Of a stretch of DNA of 64,000 bases, positions 52,760-63,299 are shown one piece after another; position 1 is the first letter of the stretch, and the number at the start of each line of letters is the position of its first letter. The translations under genes and the position numbers were made by a program. The stretch covers positions 215,724 to 279,723 of the forward strand of contig CAWDOJ010000003.1 in assembly GCA_963803825.1 (NCBI GenBank), read 5' to 3'. A model generated the notes under the pieces. That model was not told the DNA's origin, made no database searches, and worked only from the letters and a program-made list of their open reading frames with translations. Origin of the DNA: an uncultured Verrucomicrobiae bacterium. GTDB taxonomy: Bacteria; Verrucomicrobiota; Verrucomicrobiia; Chthoniobacterales; JAATET01.

Positions 52760-53499
52760 TGGGTAGGTTGGTGGTGGGGATGGTGTTGCTCTTGGCTGCG
52801 TTTGCGCGGGCGGAGAGCGATGCGCTCGCGAAGGCGAATCTGGAAATGAAGGTGGAGGATTATCCCAAGGCCATCGCGGCTTACGAGGCGATGATCGAAG
52901 ATGGGCACGTGAGTGCAGAGGTCTATTACAACCTCGGAGTGGCGCTCGAGAAGTCGGGGCGGGTGGTGGACTCGGCGCTGAGCTACCGGCGAGCGCTGGT
53001 GCTGGATCCAGGCTTGCGGTCGGCGAGCAATAATCTGGCGTTGCTGGCGGTGGACCAGGGATTTGCGGTTCGGTCGCGGACTTGGTTGAGCGACGTGGTG
53101 GCGGTCGTGCATCCGGGCTGGCTACAGGGCTTAGGGGCCATGCTGAGCTGGATCGGCCTTGGCGGATTGGTAGTCGGAATCATCGGCCAGAAGCGGCGGT
53201 GGCTAACCGTGGGTGGGCTGGTTGCGGCGGTGACTGGCGGTGGGCTCTTTGCCATGGGAGTCGTTGCGGACCCGCGGGTGGCCGATGCGAATCTAGCCGT
53301 GGTCACCCGTGTCGGGGGCACGGATGCGTTGACCGGGCCGGCTAAAAATTCCAGCTCGGTGGACCAGTTGGCTGCGGGATCGGCGGTGGGGGTGCTGTCG
53401 TTGCGGGGGGCATGGACTTACGTCGAGTTAGTGGACGGGGCGAAGGGGTGGGTGGCGGCGGATTCGCTGACGATGGTGGTGCCGGAGGCTGGGCTGTGA
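52756..53499 (+). CDS. BatE-like TPR plus SH3b domain protein
   Basis: ATGA overlap with the preceding gene. TPR (YNLGVALEKSGR), two TM spans, and a C-terminal SH3b-like GAWTYVELVDGAKGWVAADSL. Confidence 0.7.
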   Translation: MMGRLVVGMVLLLAAFARAESDALAKANLEMKVEDYPKAIAAYEAMIEDGHVSAEVYYNLGVALEKSGRVVDSALSYRRALVLDPGLRSASNNLALLAVDQGFAVRSRTWLSDVVAVVHPGWLQGLGAMLSWIGLGGLVVGIIGQKRRWLTVGGLVAAVTGGGLFAMGVVADPRVADANLAVVTRVGGTDALTGPAKNSSSVDQLAAGSAVGVLSLRGAWTYVELVDGAKGWVAADSLTMVVPEAGL

Positions 53500-54428
53500 G
53501 AGAATCAGTCGGGGCGGCGCACGGCGGGTGGGATCGCGGGTCATTGTTTGGTAGGAGTCTGGGGGAGGGTGGGACGCGGTATCTGGCCATCGGTAGGGCG
53601 CTGCGTGCTTTGGCGTTGGGGATTCTTTTCCTGGGGGGAAGCGGGACGGTGTGCGGCAAGGAGAAGTTGTCGGACTTACTGGCCGAATTGACGCCGCCGG
53701 TGCCGGGGGCCTTTCCGGCGATGCCGGGGTTCACGGCGACCTATTCGTTTGGATGGTCCAACACGATCGACGCGGCTGCGACGAAGGTGGACATCACCCG
53801 GACGGGCGGGCGGTTTGGCGCGAAGCCGGCGTATGAAGTCGTGGTGACGGGCGAAACGCTGGGGATGGTGCGGCTGCTGTGGAACTTCGAGGCGGAGCAC
53901 CGGTCGTGGGTCGACGGGGCGACGCTGCGGGCGAGCCATTTTTGGGAATACGACCGCTACAGTAACCGCACGATCACGACGAACGTGAAGTTCACGCCGG
54001 AACAGGTGTGGCGTCAGCGCGTGGTGAGCATCGACGACCAGGTGGGTAAGTGGAAGCGGGTGGAGGTGCGGGACATCTTCGACATGGCGGGAGGGTTGCT
54101 CTTCGTCCGGAGTCAGCCGCTGGACGACGGGGACGAGGTGAGCTTCCTCGCTTATCCGGGGGACTCGCCGTTTCACGCGACGGCCAAGGTCGAGGCCCGC
54201 GAAACGATTGAGGTGATGGGGAAGGAGCGGAAGGCGATCCGATTGTCGCTGAAGCTGCGGAAGATCGAGGTGAAAAGCAAAAAGCTGAAGCGCCTCACCG
54301 ACTACGACAAGTTCCGCGGGGGAGACATCTGGATCTCCGACGACGAATTGCGGATCCCACTTGCGGCGAAGATGCGGATCTTCATCGGCTACGTGTCGGG
54401 CGAGATCACCTCGTTCGAGCTGAAATAA
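53496..54428 (+). CDS. DUF3108 domain protein
   Basis: GTG 53496 in a GTGA overlap with the batE-like stop. A beta-rich sequence with ATYSFGWSNTIDAA...GMVRLLW...ISDDELRIPL, consistent with DUF3108. Confidence 0.6.
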   Translation: MRESVGAAHGGWDRGSLFGRSLGEGGTRYLAIGRALRALALGILFLGGSGTVCGKEKLSDLLAELTPPVPGAFPAMPGFTATYSFGWSNTIDAAATKVDITRTGGRFGAKPAYEVVVTGETLGMVRLLWNFEAEHRSWVDGATLRASHFWEYDRYSNRTITTNVKFTPEQVWRQRVVSIDDQVGKWKRVEVRDIFDMAGGLLFVRSQPLDDGDEVSFLAYPGDSPFHATAKVEARETIEVMGKERKAIRLSLKLRKIEVKSKKLKRLTDYDKFRGGDIWISDDELRIPLAAKMRIFIGYVSGEITSFELK

Positions 54429-54480
54429 TCCACCAGCCCCCCTCGGCCAAACCGTCCCGGCGGCACAGCGCCCCCACTCA

Positions 54481-54522
54481 CCGTGCCAGTGAAACTGACG
54501 GTCGTCAGTTTTCTTGGCACGG
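54481..54522 (+). terminator. extended hairpin followed by a T-run (candidate intrinsic terminator of the Bat/DUF3108 operon, or part of the trpE leader)
   Basis: Outer stem ccgtgcca/tggcacgg, inner stem aaactgac/gtcagttt, loop ggtc, then tttt. It lies 53 nt after the stop at 54428. Confidence 0.45.
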
Positions 54523-54645
54523 GGGTGGGGGGCTTATCACGGGGGAGGGTGTGGGGCGCGAGGGTGGGCAGAGACCGCGGTGGGTGGGTGGATCTTTTGA
54601 TTTTGGTTGAGTGAGTGGGGGGGGGTTGGTTGTCTCTGTCGCTTG

Positions 54646-56151
54646 ATGAGACCTTCGTTCCAGCCTTCGCTTCACGAATTTATTCGGCTGGCCGCCGACT
54701 ACAACGTGGTGACGGTGTGGTGCGAATTGGTGACGGATTACGAGACGCCCGTGTCGGCTTATCAGAAGCTGGGGGCGGCGGCGCCGAGCTTCTTGTTTGA
54801 GTCAGCGGAACAGAGCGATCACGTGGGGCGGAATTCGTTTCTTGGGACCGGGGCGCGGTGGACGATGACGGCGCACGGGCGCTCGATGCGGGTGGTCGAA
54901 CGGGGCGAGACCCGGGAATACGAGACGGCGACCGATCCGCTCGACGAGCTAGAGCGGCGGATGGCGGGCTACCGGATCGCGCCGCAGGATGGGCTGCCGC
55001 AATTTCGCGGCGGGGCGGTCGGGTATCTGGCTTACGACGCGTTGAGGTGGGTGGAGCCGACGGTCGCGGCTGCACCGAAGGACGAGTTGGGCGTGCCGGA
55101 TCTATTCTATCTGATGACCGATACGATGGTGGCGTTCGACCACCGGAAGCGGCGGATGAAGGTGATGGCGAACGCGTTTGTCGAGGGCGTGGACCGGGAG
55201 GCGAACTACGCAGACGCGGTGTCGCGCATCCTCGAGGTGCTGCGAAAATTATCGGAGCCACTAGCGGTGAAGCCGATGTTCACGGGGGAGGTGCCGACGG
55301 CGGGGGCGATGGCTTGCAACACGACGAAGGAGCAATATTTTGCGATGGTCGAGGCGGCGAAGGAACACATCCGCGCGGGGGATATCTTTCAAATGGTGCC
55401 GTCGCAGCGGTTTGAGGCGGAGTTCACGGGGAATGCTCTCGAGCTTTATCGGGCGCTGCGGTTTGTGAATCCTTCGCCGTATTTGTTCTGTTTGCGGGTG
55501 GCGGAGGGATTTTCCATCGTGGGGAGTTCGCCGGAGGTTCACGTGCGGGTGACGGATGGGCTCATCGAGATCCGCCCGCTGGCCGGCACGCGGAAGCGGG
55601 GGGAGACGGAGGCGGAGGATCTGGCGTTGGAGGCGGAACTGCTGGCGGATCCGAAGGAGCGAGCGGAGCACCTGATGCTGGTCGACTTGGCGCGGAACGA
55701 CGTGGGGCGGATCGCGGAGTTCGCGAGCGTGGTGGTGGAAGATTTCATGACGGTCGAGCGCTACAGCCACGTGATGCACATCGTGTCGCAGGTGTCGGGG
55801 CAGCTGGCGGGGGATCGGAATGGATTCGACGTGATGCGAGCGACGTTCCCGGCGGGGACGGTGTCCGGGTCGCCGAAGGTGCGGGCCATGCAGATCATCA
55901 ACGATCTCGAGCAGAGCAAGCGGTGCGTTTACGCGGGGGCAGTGGGGTATTTTGGCTTCGATGGAAATCTGGATTCGTGCATCGCGCTGCGGACGATCGT
56001 TCTCAAAGACGGGGTGGCCTACGTGCAGGCGGGGGGCGGGTTGGTGGCGGATTCGACGGCGGAGGGCGAGTACCAGGAAAGCGTCAACAAAGCGATGGCG
56101 GCGGCGCGGGCGATTGAGCTGGCGCGAACTCTGGCGGAGGATGCGAAATGA
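54646..56151 (+). CDS. trpE: anthranilate synthase component I
   Basis: Start at ATG 54646. [59 protein letters not shown] and YAGAVGYF. Confidence 0.92.
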   Translation: MRPSFQPSLHEFIRLAADYNVVTVWCELVTDYETPVSAYQKLGAAAPSFLFESAEQSDHVGRNSFLGTGARWTMTAHGRSMRVVERGETREYETATDPLDELERRMAGYRIAPQDGLPQFRGGAVGYLAYDALRWVEPTVAAAPKDELGVPDLFYLMTDTMVAFDHRKRRMKVMANAFVEGVDREANYADAVSRILEVLRKLSEPLAVKPMFTGEVPTAGAMACNTTKEQYFAMVEAAKEHIRAGDIFQMVPSQRFEAEFTGNALELYRALRFVNPSPYLFCLRVAEGFSIVGSSPEVHVRVTDGLIEIRPLAGTRKRGETEAEDLALEAELLADPKERAEHLMLVDLARNDVGRIAEFASVVVEDFMTVERYSHVMHIVSQVSGQLAGDRNGFDVMRATFPAGTVSGSPKVRAMQIINDLEQSKRCVYAGAVGYFGFDGNLDSCIALRTIVLKDGVAYVQAGGGLVADSTAEGEYQESVNKAMAAARAIELARTLAEDAK

Positions 56152-56711
56152 TTCTCATCATCGATAACTACGATTCTTTCACCTACAACCTCGTCCAGTA
56201 CTTCGGCGAGTTGGGGGCGGGGCCGGTCGTGCGGCGGAACGACGAGGTCACGGTCGCAGAGATCGCGGCGATGGGGGCGGAGCGGATCTGCATCTCGCCC
56301 GGGCCGGGGACGCCAGCGGATGCCGGCGTGAGTCGAGACGTGATCCGGGAATTCGCGGGAAGGGTTCCGGTGCTGGGGGTTTGCCTCGGACATCAATGTC
56401 TGGGGGAGGTCTACGGCGGCGAAGTCGTGCGGGCTGGGCGGTTGATGCACGGGAAGACTTCGCCGATTCGGCACGGGGGGACGGACGTCTTCGCTGGTCT
56501 GCCGGATCCGTTCGAAGCGACGCGGTATCATTCGTTGATCGTGCGGCGGGAGACTCTGCCGGATTGTTTGGAGGTGACGGCGGAGACGGCGGAGGGGGAG
56601 ATCATGGGTCTGCGGCACCGCAAGTTTGCGGTGTATGGCGTGCAATTCCATCCGGAGTCAATTCTGACTTCGGAGGGGAAGCGTTTGTTGGCGAATTTTT
56701 TGACGCTGTAG
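56148..56711 (+). CDS. trpG: anthranilate synthase component II (glutamine amidotransferase)
   Basis: ATGA overlap with trp[22 protein letters not shown] and QFHPES form the catalytic triad context. Confidence 0.92.
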   Translation: MILIIDNYDSFTYNLVQYFGELGAGPVVRRNDEVTVAEIAAMGAERICISPGPGTPADAGVSRDVIREFAGRVPVLGVCLGHQCLGEVYGGEVVRAGRLMHGKTSPIRHGGTDVFAGLPDPFEATRYHSLIVRRETLPDCLEVTAETAEGEIMGLRHRKFAVYGVQFHPESILTSEGKRLLANFLTL

Positions 56712-56738
56712 CGTTCCGACCGGTTGATGTCCGGAGCT

Positions 56739-56784
56739 TCGGCGGGACGCCGTCGCTCGCACCCGGGACGGACGCGTTCCCCCT
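56739..56784 (+). repeat. partial, diverged copy (3' half) of the 81-nt repeat
   Basis: tcggcgggacgccgtcgctcgcacccgggacggacgcgttcccc aligns with gcggcgggacgctgcatctcgcacgcggggacgcgtgcgctcccc of copy B. It retains a cggcg-gga-cgccg hairpin. Confidence 0.6.
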
Positions 56785-56883
56785 CGCTTGGGATGAAGGG
56801 CGGTTCGGGGGGGCGGGGGAGGGGCGATCCAGGTTGCGCCGGACAAGGGTAGCCGTCGCGACGAGAGGAATGCCCGCTTTACC

Positions 56884-59800
56884 CTAGAACCTCCAGCCGA
56901 GGCTGGCGCTGATGCTGTGGCTGGTGAGGTCCTGGCGTCCGAGGTCGGCGTTGTAATAGACGCTGGCATTCCAGCGGTCGCCGAGTTGGAGGCTGACGCC
57001 GGCTCCCGCGAAGACGCTGTCGCGGCCCGGTTCGGCGGTGGCGGTGTCGAAGGACGGGCCGCTGCCAGCGTCGAGGGCGGCGTCGATTTGGCGGCTGTTG
57101 TTGAGGAACTCGTGCTGCCAGAGGACGCGGATCTCGGGGACGAGGACGATCCTTTCGGTTAGATTGATCGTGTAGGCGACGCGGCCGCCGAGGGTGGTGC
57201 GGAGGCTGTGGGCGTGCTGCCCGTCCACTCGCAGGTCGAGGCTGTCGGCTCCGGTCTCGGTGAAGGGAGCGATGCCGACGGTGGTGTATTGGCCTCCGAC
57301 GATGGGGCCGAAGGTGAAACCGGCCGCTTTCCAGTCATAGCCGAGGTTGAGGGCGCCGCTGACCTGACCGCCCTCCTGGCGGCTGCGGGCGGTGCGGTCG
57401 ACGGTCGAGAACCGGATCGGGCGGCGGACGAGCGCTTGGTTGGTGCCGCCGGTGACGACGGCGTCGGTCGTGAACCCGTCGTGGACGTAGCTGGCGTAGC
57501 CGCCGAAGAGGGCGGAATCGATGCGGGTGGATCCGTTGCCGTCGTAGTCGGCGTAAGTGCCATGGTAACCACCGAAGAGGCCGGTGGTGAGTCCGTTCGG
57601 GTCGTTCGGGGTCCAGTCGTAGTCGGCCCCGACGAGGAAGCCGCCGGAGTCGAAACGGTGATTCGGGACCTGGCTGACACTGGTGACCCGGGCGAAGATG
57701 CCGTTGCCCATGGCCCAGGCGGTCCAATTGGTGGCGGTAGGGTCGGTGGTGAGGACGGTCTTGAGATCTTTCGGGTCGGCGATTTGTTTGCCGTTCTTGT
57801 CGAAGGTGAGGGGTTCGTCGGGGATGCCGGAGAGTTGGAAGCCGCGCGCACCGAGTCGGACGGCGCTGAGGCGCTGATTGATCATCTGCGTCTGCGTGAA
57901 CGATTGCTGGATCGAGATGTTGGCGAGGCTTTGGTGAAAGGCGGGGCCGATCTGGTCGAAGGACGCGAGGGAATTGTTCGTCGGACTGGCCGATCGAGCG
58001 CGGTGCTGACAATTTCGCGGTCGCCACTGGTGGCGGGAATAATGCTGTCGAGCGCACGGGCGACGTTGCGTTGGTTTTGGGTCGCGCGCGATCGAACGTA
58101 GCTGATCGGTGCGATGAGGAGCGTGCCGATGCCGTCGTCGCGGAGGAAGCGACCACGGATAGCGGCACGGATCGGGGAGGGCGATTGCGTCGAAGTCGCC
58201 GGTGATGCGGTCGGCGCTGAGCAAGAGGATTTCCTGACCGAACTCGAGTGGCGATCGAGGTAAATCGCTTCGAGGGTCCCGCCGAGATCGGCGGTTCCGC
58301 AGACGATGAGGCGATCGAAGGGGTGGGGTTGGCGATTTCGATTTCGAGCGTGCCGGCGTCGGTTTGCGAGAAGTCACCGTCGATGGAAAGCGTCCCCGGG
58401 CTGTTGCCGGGATTGACGTGCCGGGTTCGTCACGTTCCCGACGATGAGTCCGGCACCACCGAGCCGGGCCGGGCGCGCCACGTTCAAGCCGCCGGGGACA
58501 TCGAATCGTCCATTGAAGAAGAGGGCGCCGACTTCGATGACGATGGGTCCGTGGATGTCGAGGTTGCTCGTGACAAATAGCGATCCAAGCCCGGTCTTTT
58601 GGAAACCGCTCGGAGCGAGGATCGGTGCCGCCGGTGACGAGGCTGTCGCCACCGAGGGCATCAGCTCGCCGCTGTTGACGGAAAGGTTGTTGGAGATGGT
58701 GAGCGAGCTACCGGGCGAGAAGCGCAGGCTGTTCATCGTGTTGCTTTCGGCTGTCGTGCCGGTGCGGACGGGGCCGAGACGGCGAAGTCGGCGGTGGTGG
58801 GCGTGTTGACCGGGGCGCTGTTTTGCAGGATCGGGCCGTAGGGTGGTCCGACGGGGTGAAGCTGACGAAGGCTTGCGTCCGACGATGCGGAAGTCGGGGG
58901 AGGTCGACGGAGGCGGTTACCGATGAAGTCGGTGAGGGGATTGAACCGGGCGAGGTTGCGAGCGGTGAGGATGAGGTATTCAGCGTCGAGTTCGAAGTCG
59001 TGGCCGCGGTGAGACGGAAGCGTCCGACGTCGGTCAGCGGAGCTTTGCCGCGGATCGTCAAGGAGGTCGGTTTTGCGTCCGAGCACGGTGGCGACGGTGC
59101 CGCCGCGCAAGTCGAGCGATTGATGTTGAGCGTGCCAACGGGGTCGAGGGTGCCGCCTTCGAGCGAGGCGCCGCCGCGTCCGAGTGCTCTGGAGGTGGTG
59201 GTCTGGATGGTGCCGGATTCGAGGGTGGTGCCACCTTCGTAGGAACTTTGGCGGGAGAGAAGGAGGGTGGCGTCGCCGGTTTTGATGAGCGCACCGGGCC
59301 CGAGATGGGGGCGTTGAACCGGAGGTTGGCGTCGGTCTGGAGGGTGCCGTCGCTGGTGCCGAGGACGACGAAGCGACTGGTGTTAAAGGCGGCGGTGTTT
59401 TGGAGCGTGCCGCCGTCGAGGGTGGTGAAGGTGCTGCGGGCCCCGAGGTTGGCGTCGCGGCTGACGCTGAGCGTGCCGTCGGTGACGGTGGTGCCGCCCG
59501 AGTAGGTGTTGTCGCCGGTGAGAATGGTGGTGCCGGGGCCGGTGTGGCGGACGGCGGTGGTGCCGATGATCGCGGTGGCGGCACCGGTCGCGGTGCCGTC
59601 GCGGGTGAAGGCGTAATTCGGCGCGTTGTGGTTGAACTCGAGCGTGGCCGTGCCGTCTCCGCCTTCGACGAACGGGGCGTCCAGGATGCCGGGGCTGGCC
59701 CCGGTCCCGACATGGAGCGTGCCGGTCGATCCCGCGTCTTCGGCGAGGAAGACGGCGGGCGCGCTGACGACGCCGCCGGTCAGGTCGAGGCGACCGGTGC

Positions 59801-60914
59801 CTTCGACTCCGACGAGGAGGGCTTGCGAATGGGTCCAGGTCCCGCCGCTGATGCGGGCGGTGCCGTTCGATCCGTCCGCGAGGCCGAGGAAGGTGATCTG
59901 ATTGGAGACCTCGCCGGTCCCGCTGACTTCCAGGTTGCCGGTGCCTTCGAATCCGATGATGAGGTTGGTGGCGTTTGTCCAGCTGCCTCCGGTGACGCGC
60001 GCGGTGCCGGTGGCATTTTCGTCGAAGCCAAAGATGGATCCGGGACTCGAGACCTGGCCGGTGCCGCTGATCTCGAGCGTGCCGGTGCCGAGATTGCCGA
60101 TGGAGAGCGTGTCGGAGTTGGTCCAAGTGCCGCTGGAAACGCGGGCAGTTCCAAAGGAGCCATCGAGGAAGCCGATGAAACCGGTGGCGTTGCTGACGGT
60201 GCCGCCGTTGCTGACCTCGAGGGTGCCGGTGCCGCTGTTGCCGACGATGAGCGCACCGGAGCTGGCCAGGGCACCGCCGACGACCCGGGCGGTGCCGGTG
60301 GACCCGACGTCGCCGCCGATTCCCACGATCAGACCGGAGACGGAACCCGAGCTCGCTACATCGAGGGTGGCGTTGTCGCCGGGGTCGAAGCCGACGACGA
60401 TCTGGCCGGAGGGGGTGTTGATCGAGCCCGCTACCGCGAGGGTCCCGGTGGTGATGACGGTGTCGCCGGTGTAGGTGTTGGCGGCGGTGAGGGCGAGGGT
60501 GCCGGGGCCTTCTTTAATGAGCGAGCCGGGGCCGGCGATGGGGGCAGTGATGGTCGTGAAGCCGGGATCGGTAATGAAAGGGGTGTCGGTGGTGAGGGTG
60601 AGAGCGCCGGTGCCAATGGCGGCGACGGTGTAGCCGGGGGTCTGGAAATCGAGAGCATTCGGATTGGCGGTGAAGCCGTCAGCGAGGGTGGCGGTGCCGG
60701 CGGTGCCCGCGAAGGTCGAGCCGAGCGTTGGGTCAAAAGACGCGTTGGCGTTACCGGAATTGTTAGTCCAGTTGGTGCTGGCGGCGTCCCAGGTGCCGGT
60801 GCCACCGTCGATGGCGCCGTTCGGGGTGGTGTTCGAGCCGTCCCAGAACTGTTGGGCGACCGATGTCGCCAGGGTGACGATGCAAATGAGGATGAGCGTG
60901 GATGGGGTTCTCAT
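56884..60914 (-). pseudogene. autotransporter (type Va) adhesin-like protein; the N-terminal passenger and C-terminal beta-barrel are intact, while the central ~1.4 kb is broken by many frameshifts
   Basis: ORF 59058-60914 has a signal peptide, PATR-type repeats (GPGTLALTAANTYTGDTVITTGTLAV) and 44-aa repeats. ORF 56884-58377 ends with a typical barrel (...SISASLGWRF). Between about 57950 and 59300 the sense sequence hops between frames, for example ISGP|GALIKTGDATLLL, LDLRGGTVATV, FELDAEYLILTARNLARFNPLTDF, NSLRFSPGSSLTISNNLSV, PGTLSIDGDFSQTDAGTLEIEI, LEFGQEILLLSADRITGDFD and RGRFLRDDGIGTLLIAPISY. Confidence 0.8.
59650..60350 (-). repeat. about five tandem ~44-aa protein repeats in the passenger domain (G..GTARV.GG.W.N...L.IG..GTG.LE.S..G.VS)
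   Basis: Seen in the translation: GSTGTARVVGGALASSGALIVGNSGTGTLEVSNGGTVSN / GSFGTARVSSGTWTNSDTLSIGNLGTGTLEISGTGQVSS / ATGTARVTGGSWTNATNLIIGFEGTGNLEVSGTGEVSN / SNGTARISGGTWTHSQALLVGVEGTGRLDLTGGVVSA. This resembles the T5SS/PEP-CTERM-associated repeat class. Nucleotide bounds are approximate. Confidence 0.7.
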
Positions 60915-60950
60915 TGGAAGGTGATCAGATTCTTTTGCGGTCCGGGTCGA

Positions 60951-62618
60951 TCAGGATTCAAAAGCGGGGGGTGGCCGCGGCTCACTGATCATGCCGACGA
61001 CAGTGACTGATGGCTCGAGGTTTAGGAGTAAGCGGCGGAAGCGACCGAAGTTGTAGCGGGGGCGGCGGGTCGCGTTGTCGTTTTCCTGGAAGGCTTCGGT
61101 GTAGTCGTCAAAGTCGAAGTAGTCGTCGAGGGCGGGAAGGTTGAGTTGCCGAAATTGCGAATTGCGGGCGTTGGCGAAGTGGGCGGCGCGCAGGCCGGTG
61201 CGGTCTTCGCCTCGGGTCATGTAGTAAAACGTGTCGCCGGAGTAGTGCCGAAGGACGAAGCGCTGGCGGTCGGGGCCGATGCGCATGATGAGGCGATTGC
61301 CGCGGGCCTGGAGGCGGACGGGACCGTAGAAGCCGCTGCGGTAGCGACCGGCGTAGGCGGCGAGGGGGCGGGGTGGGGTGAAGTCGGCGGGGCGCTGGCG
61401 GTAGTCGACGGGGGCGCGACCGAGTTGGTCGGCGGCGAGTTCGGCGAAGCGTTCATTGGCGAAGGCGACCCAGTCGCGGCTGAGTTCCCCGAGGAAGAGG
61501 AAATCGGTGAGGGAGAGGTCGAGACCTTCGGGGATGCCGTGAGGGGCGGAATTGCAGAGGACGGCGATGCCGAGATTCTCGGTGGGGAAGAGGGCGACGG
61601 CGGAGCGGACACCGAGGAAGAATTCGCCGGAGTGGGACCAGACGGTGCGGTCGAAGCGGGTGCCGACGTTCCAGCCGAGACCGTAGAATCCGCCGTTGGT
61701 CTTGATCTGCGGGCGGTGGGTTTCGCCGAGGGCTTCGGCGGCGATGATCTGCTGGCCCTCGAAACGTCCGCCGTCGAGCTGGAGGCGGAGCCAGCGCGCC
61801 AGATCGCGGACGCTGGTGCTGACACCGCCGGCGGGGGCCTGGGCGTCGGCGTTGCGCTGGAAGCGGGCGACCCATTTACCGTTGGGGATGAACGTGTTGT
61901 TGGCGGGGGTGTGCATGACGGCGCGGTTGGGGGCGGCGCGGAAGTCGGCGGAGCGCATGCTCGTGGAGGTCATGCCGAGGGGGTCGAAGAGGCGACGTTG
62001 CGCGAGGGTGGGCCAGTCGGTGCCGGCGGCGGCGGCGGCGGCGAGACCGCCGACGGTGAGACCCATGTTCGAGTATTCGTAGCGGGAGCGGAAACCGCCG
62101 AGGAGGGGGAACTGGCGGAGGCGGCGGACGATGGGGGCCTGGGAAAATCCGAGGTTCTCGAGGAGGTCGCCGGCGTGCGGGGGAAGGCCGGTCTGGTGGC
62201 TGAAGGCGTCGCGGAGATTGACGGCGCGGGTGGCGGCGGGGTTCGATAGCCGGAAATTGGGGAGGTTCTCAACGAGCGGTTCGTCCCAGGTGACGGTGCC
62301 GTCGCCGACGAGGCCAGCGACGATGGTGCTGGAGATCGGTTTCGACACGGAGGCGATCTGAAACACGGTGTCCGGCGTGACGGCCTGGGAGGTGCCGACT
62401 TTGCGGACGCCGTAGCCTTTGAGAAAAATCACTTCGTCGTTGTGGACGACGGCGATGGCCATGCCCGGGATGCCGCTCGTGCGCATGGCGCGCTCGGCGA
62501 CGGCGTCCATGCGAAGGACGCCGATCTGGACCTGCTCGCGGGTGAGCGGTGTGGGCGTCGCGAGGGATGACCCGATGGCGAAGGTGGCGAGGAGAGTGGC
62601 GATGAGGTGGGTTTTCAT
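60951..62618 (-). CDS. beta-lactamase-related serine hydrolase (class C / PBP4*-like) with C-terminal extra domain, secreted
   Basis: 555 aa with a signal peptide. SxxK motif ASVSKP, a YSN motif (YEYSNMG), and a later HSGEF region. Confidence 0.8.
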   Translation of the reverse strand: MKTHLIATLLATFAIGSSLATPTPLTREQVQIGVLRMDAVAERAMRTSGIPGMAIAVVHNDEVIFLKGYGVRKVGTSQAVTPDTVFQIASVSKPISSTIVAGLVGDGTVTWDEPLVENLPNFRLSNPAATRAVNLRDAFSHQTGLPPHAGDLLENLGFSQAPIVRRLRQFPLLGGFRSRYEYSNMGLTVGGLAAAAAAGTDWPTLAQRRLFDPLGMTSTSMRSADFRAAPNRAVMHTPANNTFIPNGKWVARFQRNADAQAPAGGVSTSVRDLARWLRLQLDGGRFEGQQIIAAEALGETHRPQIKTNGGFYGLGWNVGTRFDRTVWSHSGEFFLGVRSAVALFPTENLGIAVLCNSAPHGIPEGLDLSLTDFLFLGELSRDWVAFANERFAELAADQLGRAPVDYRQRPADFTPPRPLAAYAGRYRSGFYGPVRLQARGNRLIMRIGPDRQRFVLRHYSGDTFYYMTRGEDRTGLRAAHFANARNSQFRQLNLPALDDYFDFDDYTEAFQENDNATRRPRYNFGRFRRLLLNLEPSVTVVGMISEPRPPPAFES

Positions 62619-62645
62619 TCGATTGATGAGATGTTTTTTTCGGGT

Positions 62646-63269
62646 TTAAGCGGATTTTGGAAAGCGAAGTCGACGGTGGCAGGCGAGCACGATGACTCCG
62701 CCGATCACGAGAAGTGCGATTGTGCCGGGCTCGGGGATGGCTCCGGTGACGATGGGCTGGTTGAATTCCGTCTCGATGGCGTGGTCGACGAGCGTGAGGG
62801 TGGAGTTCGGTCCGTCGTCGACGTAGGTGAAGCGGGCCCAGCCGAAGCGGGTGTTGTTTTCGTCGGCACCGGTCATGAGTCCGATGAACCCGGTCGCGCC
62901 GCCGCCGTAGCCGCCGACGGTTTCGTTGAAGAGATTTTGGAAGAAGAATCCGTTGTTCTGAGCGGAGAGGAACGACTTATCGACCGTGGTTCCGGCACCG
63001 ATGAGCGGGAGGCCTTCGTTGGAATTGGCGCGGACGAGGCCGGTGAAGCCCTCGATTTCGGGTGTTGCCGGATCGTTTGAAAGGAAATGCAGTCGATAAT
63101 CGTTACCGGGTCCGCCTTGGAAGTTGAAAAAGGCTTCACCGCCGGTGGGCGTGATGGTGAGATTGACCGGGCCGGAGTAGTCGATGGCGGCTGGCGCCGG
63201 CGTGATCAGGAGCACCCAAGCGGCGGTGGTCGTGAGGAATGTGGCGACGGTGGATTTGGCGGGTGTCAT
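62646..63269 (-). CDS. PEP-CTERM sorting-domain protein
   Basis: 207 aa with a signal peptide. The C-terminus is IPEPGTIALLVIGGVIVLACHRRLR, that is PEP, a TM span, then a basic cluster. Confidence 0.8.
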   Translation of the reverse strand: MTPAKSTVATFLTTTAAWVLLITPAPAAIDYSGPVNLTITPTGGEAFFNFQGGPGNDYRLHFLSNDPATPEIEGFTGLVRANSNEGLPLIGAGTTVDKSFLSAQNNGFFFQNLFNETVGGYGGGATGFIGLMTGADENNTRFGWARFTYVDDGPNSTLTLVDHAIETEFNQPIVTGAIPEPGTIALLVIGGVIVLACHRRLRFPKSA

Positions 63270-63299
63270 AATTTTGGATGTTCGATTCGGTGGAGACTC

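Noticed and set aside
54523-54645. Classical trp attenuator with a Trp-rich leader peptide upstream of trpE.
   Set aside because: The many tgg triplets belong to G-tracts in mixed frames. There is no short ORF with a start codon and tandem Trp codons, and no alternative terminator/antiterminator pairing was evident.
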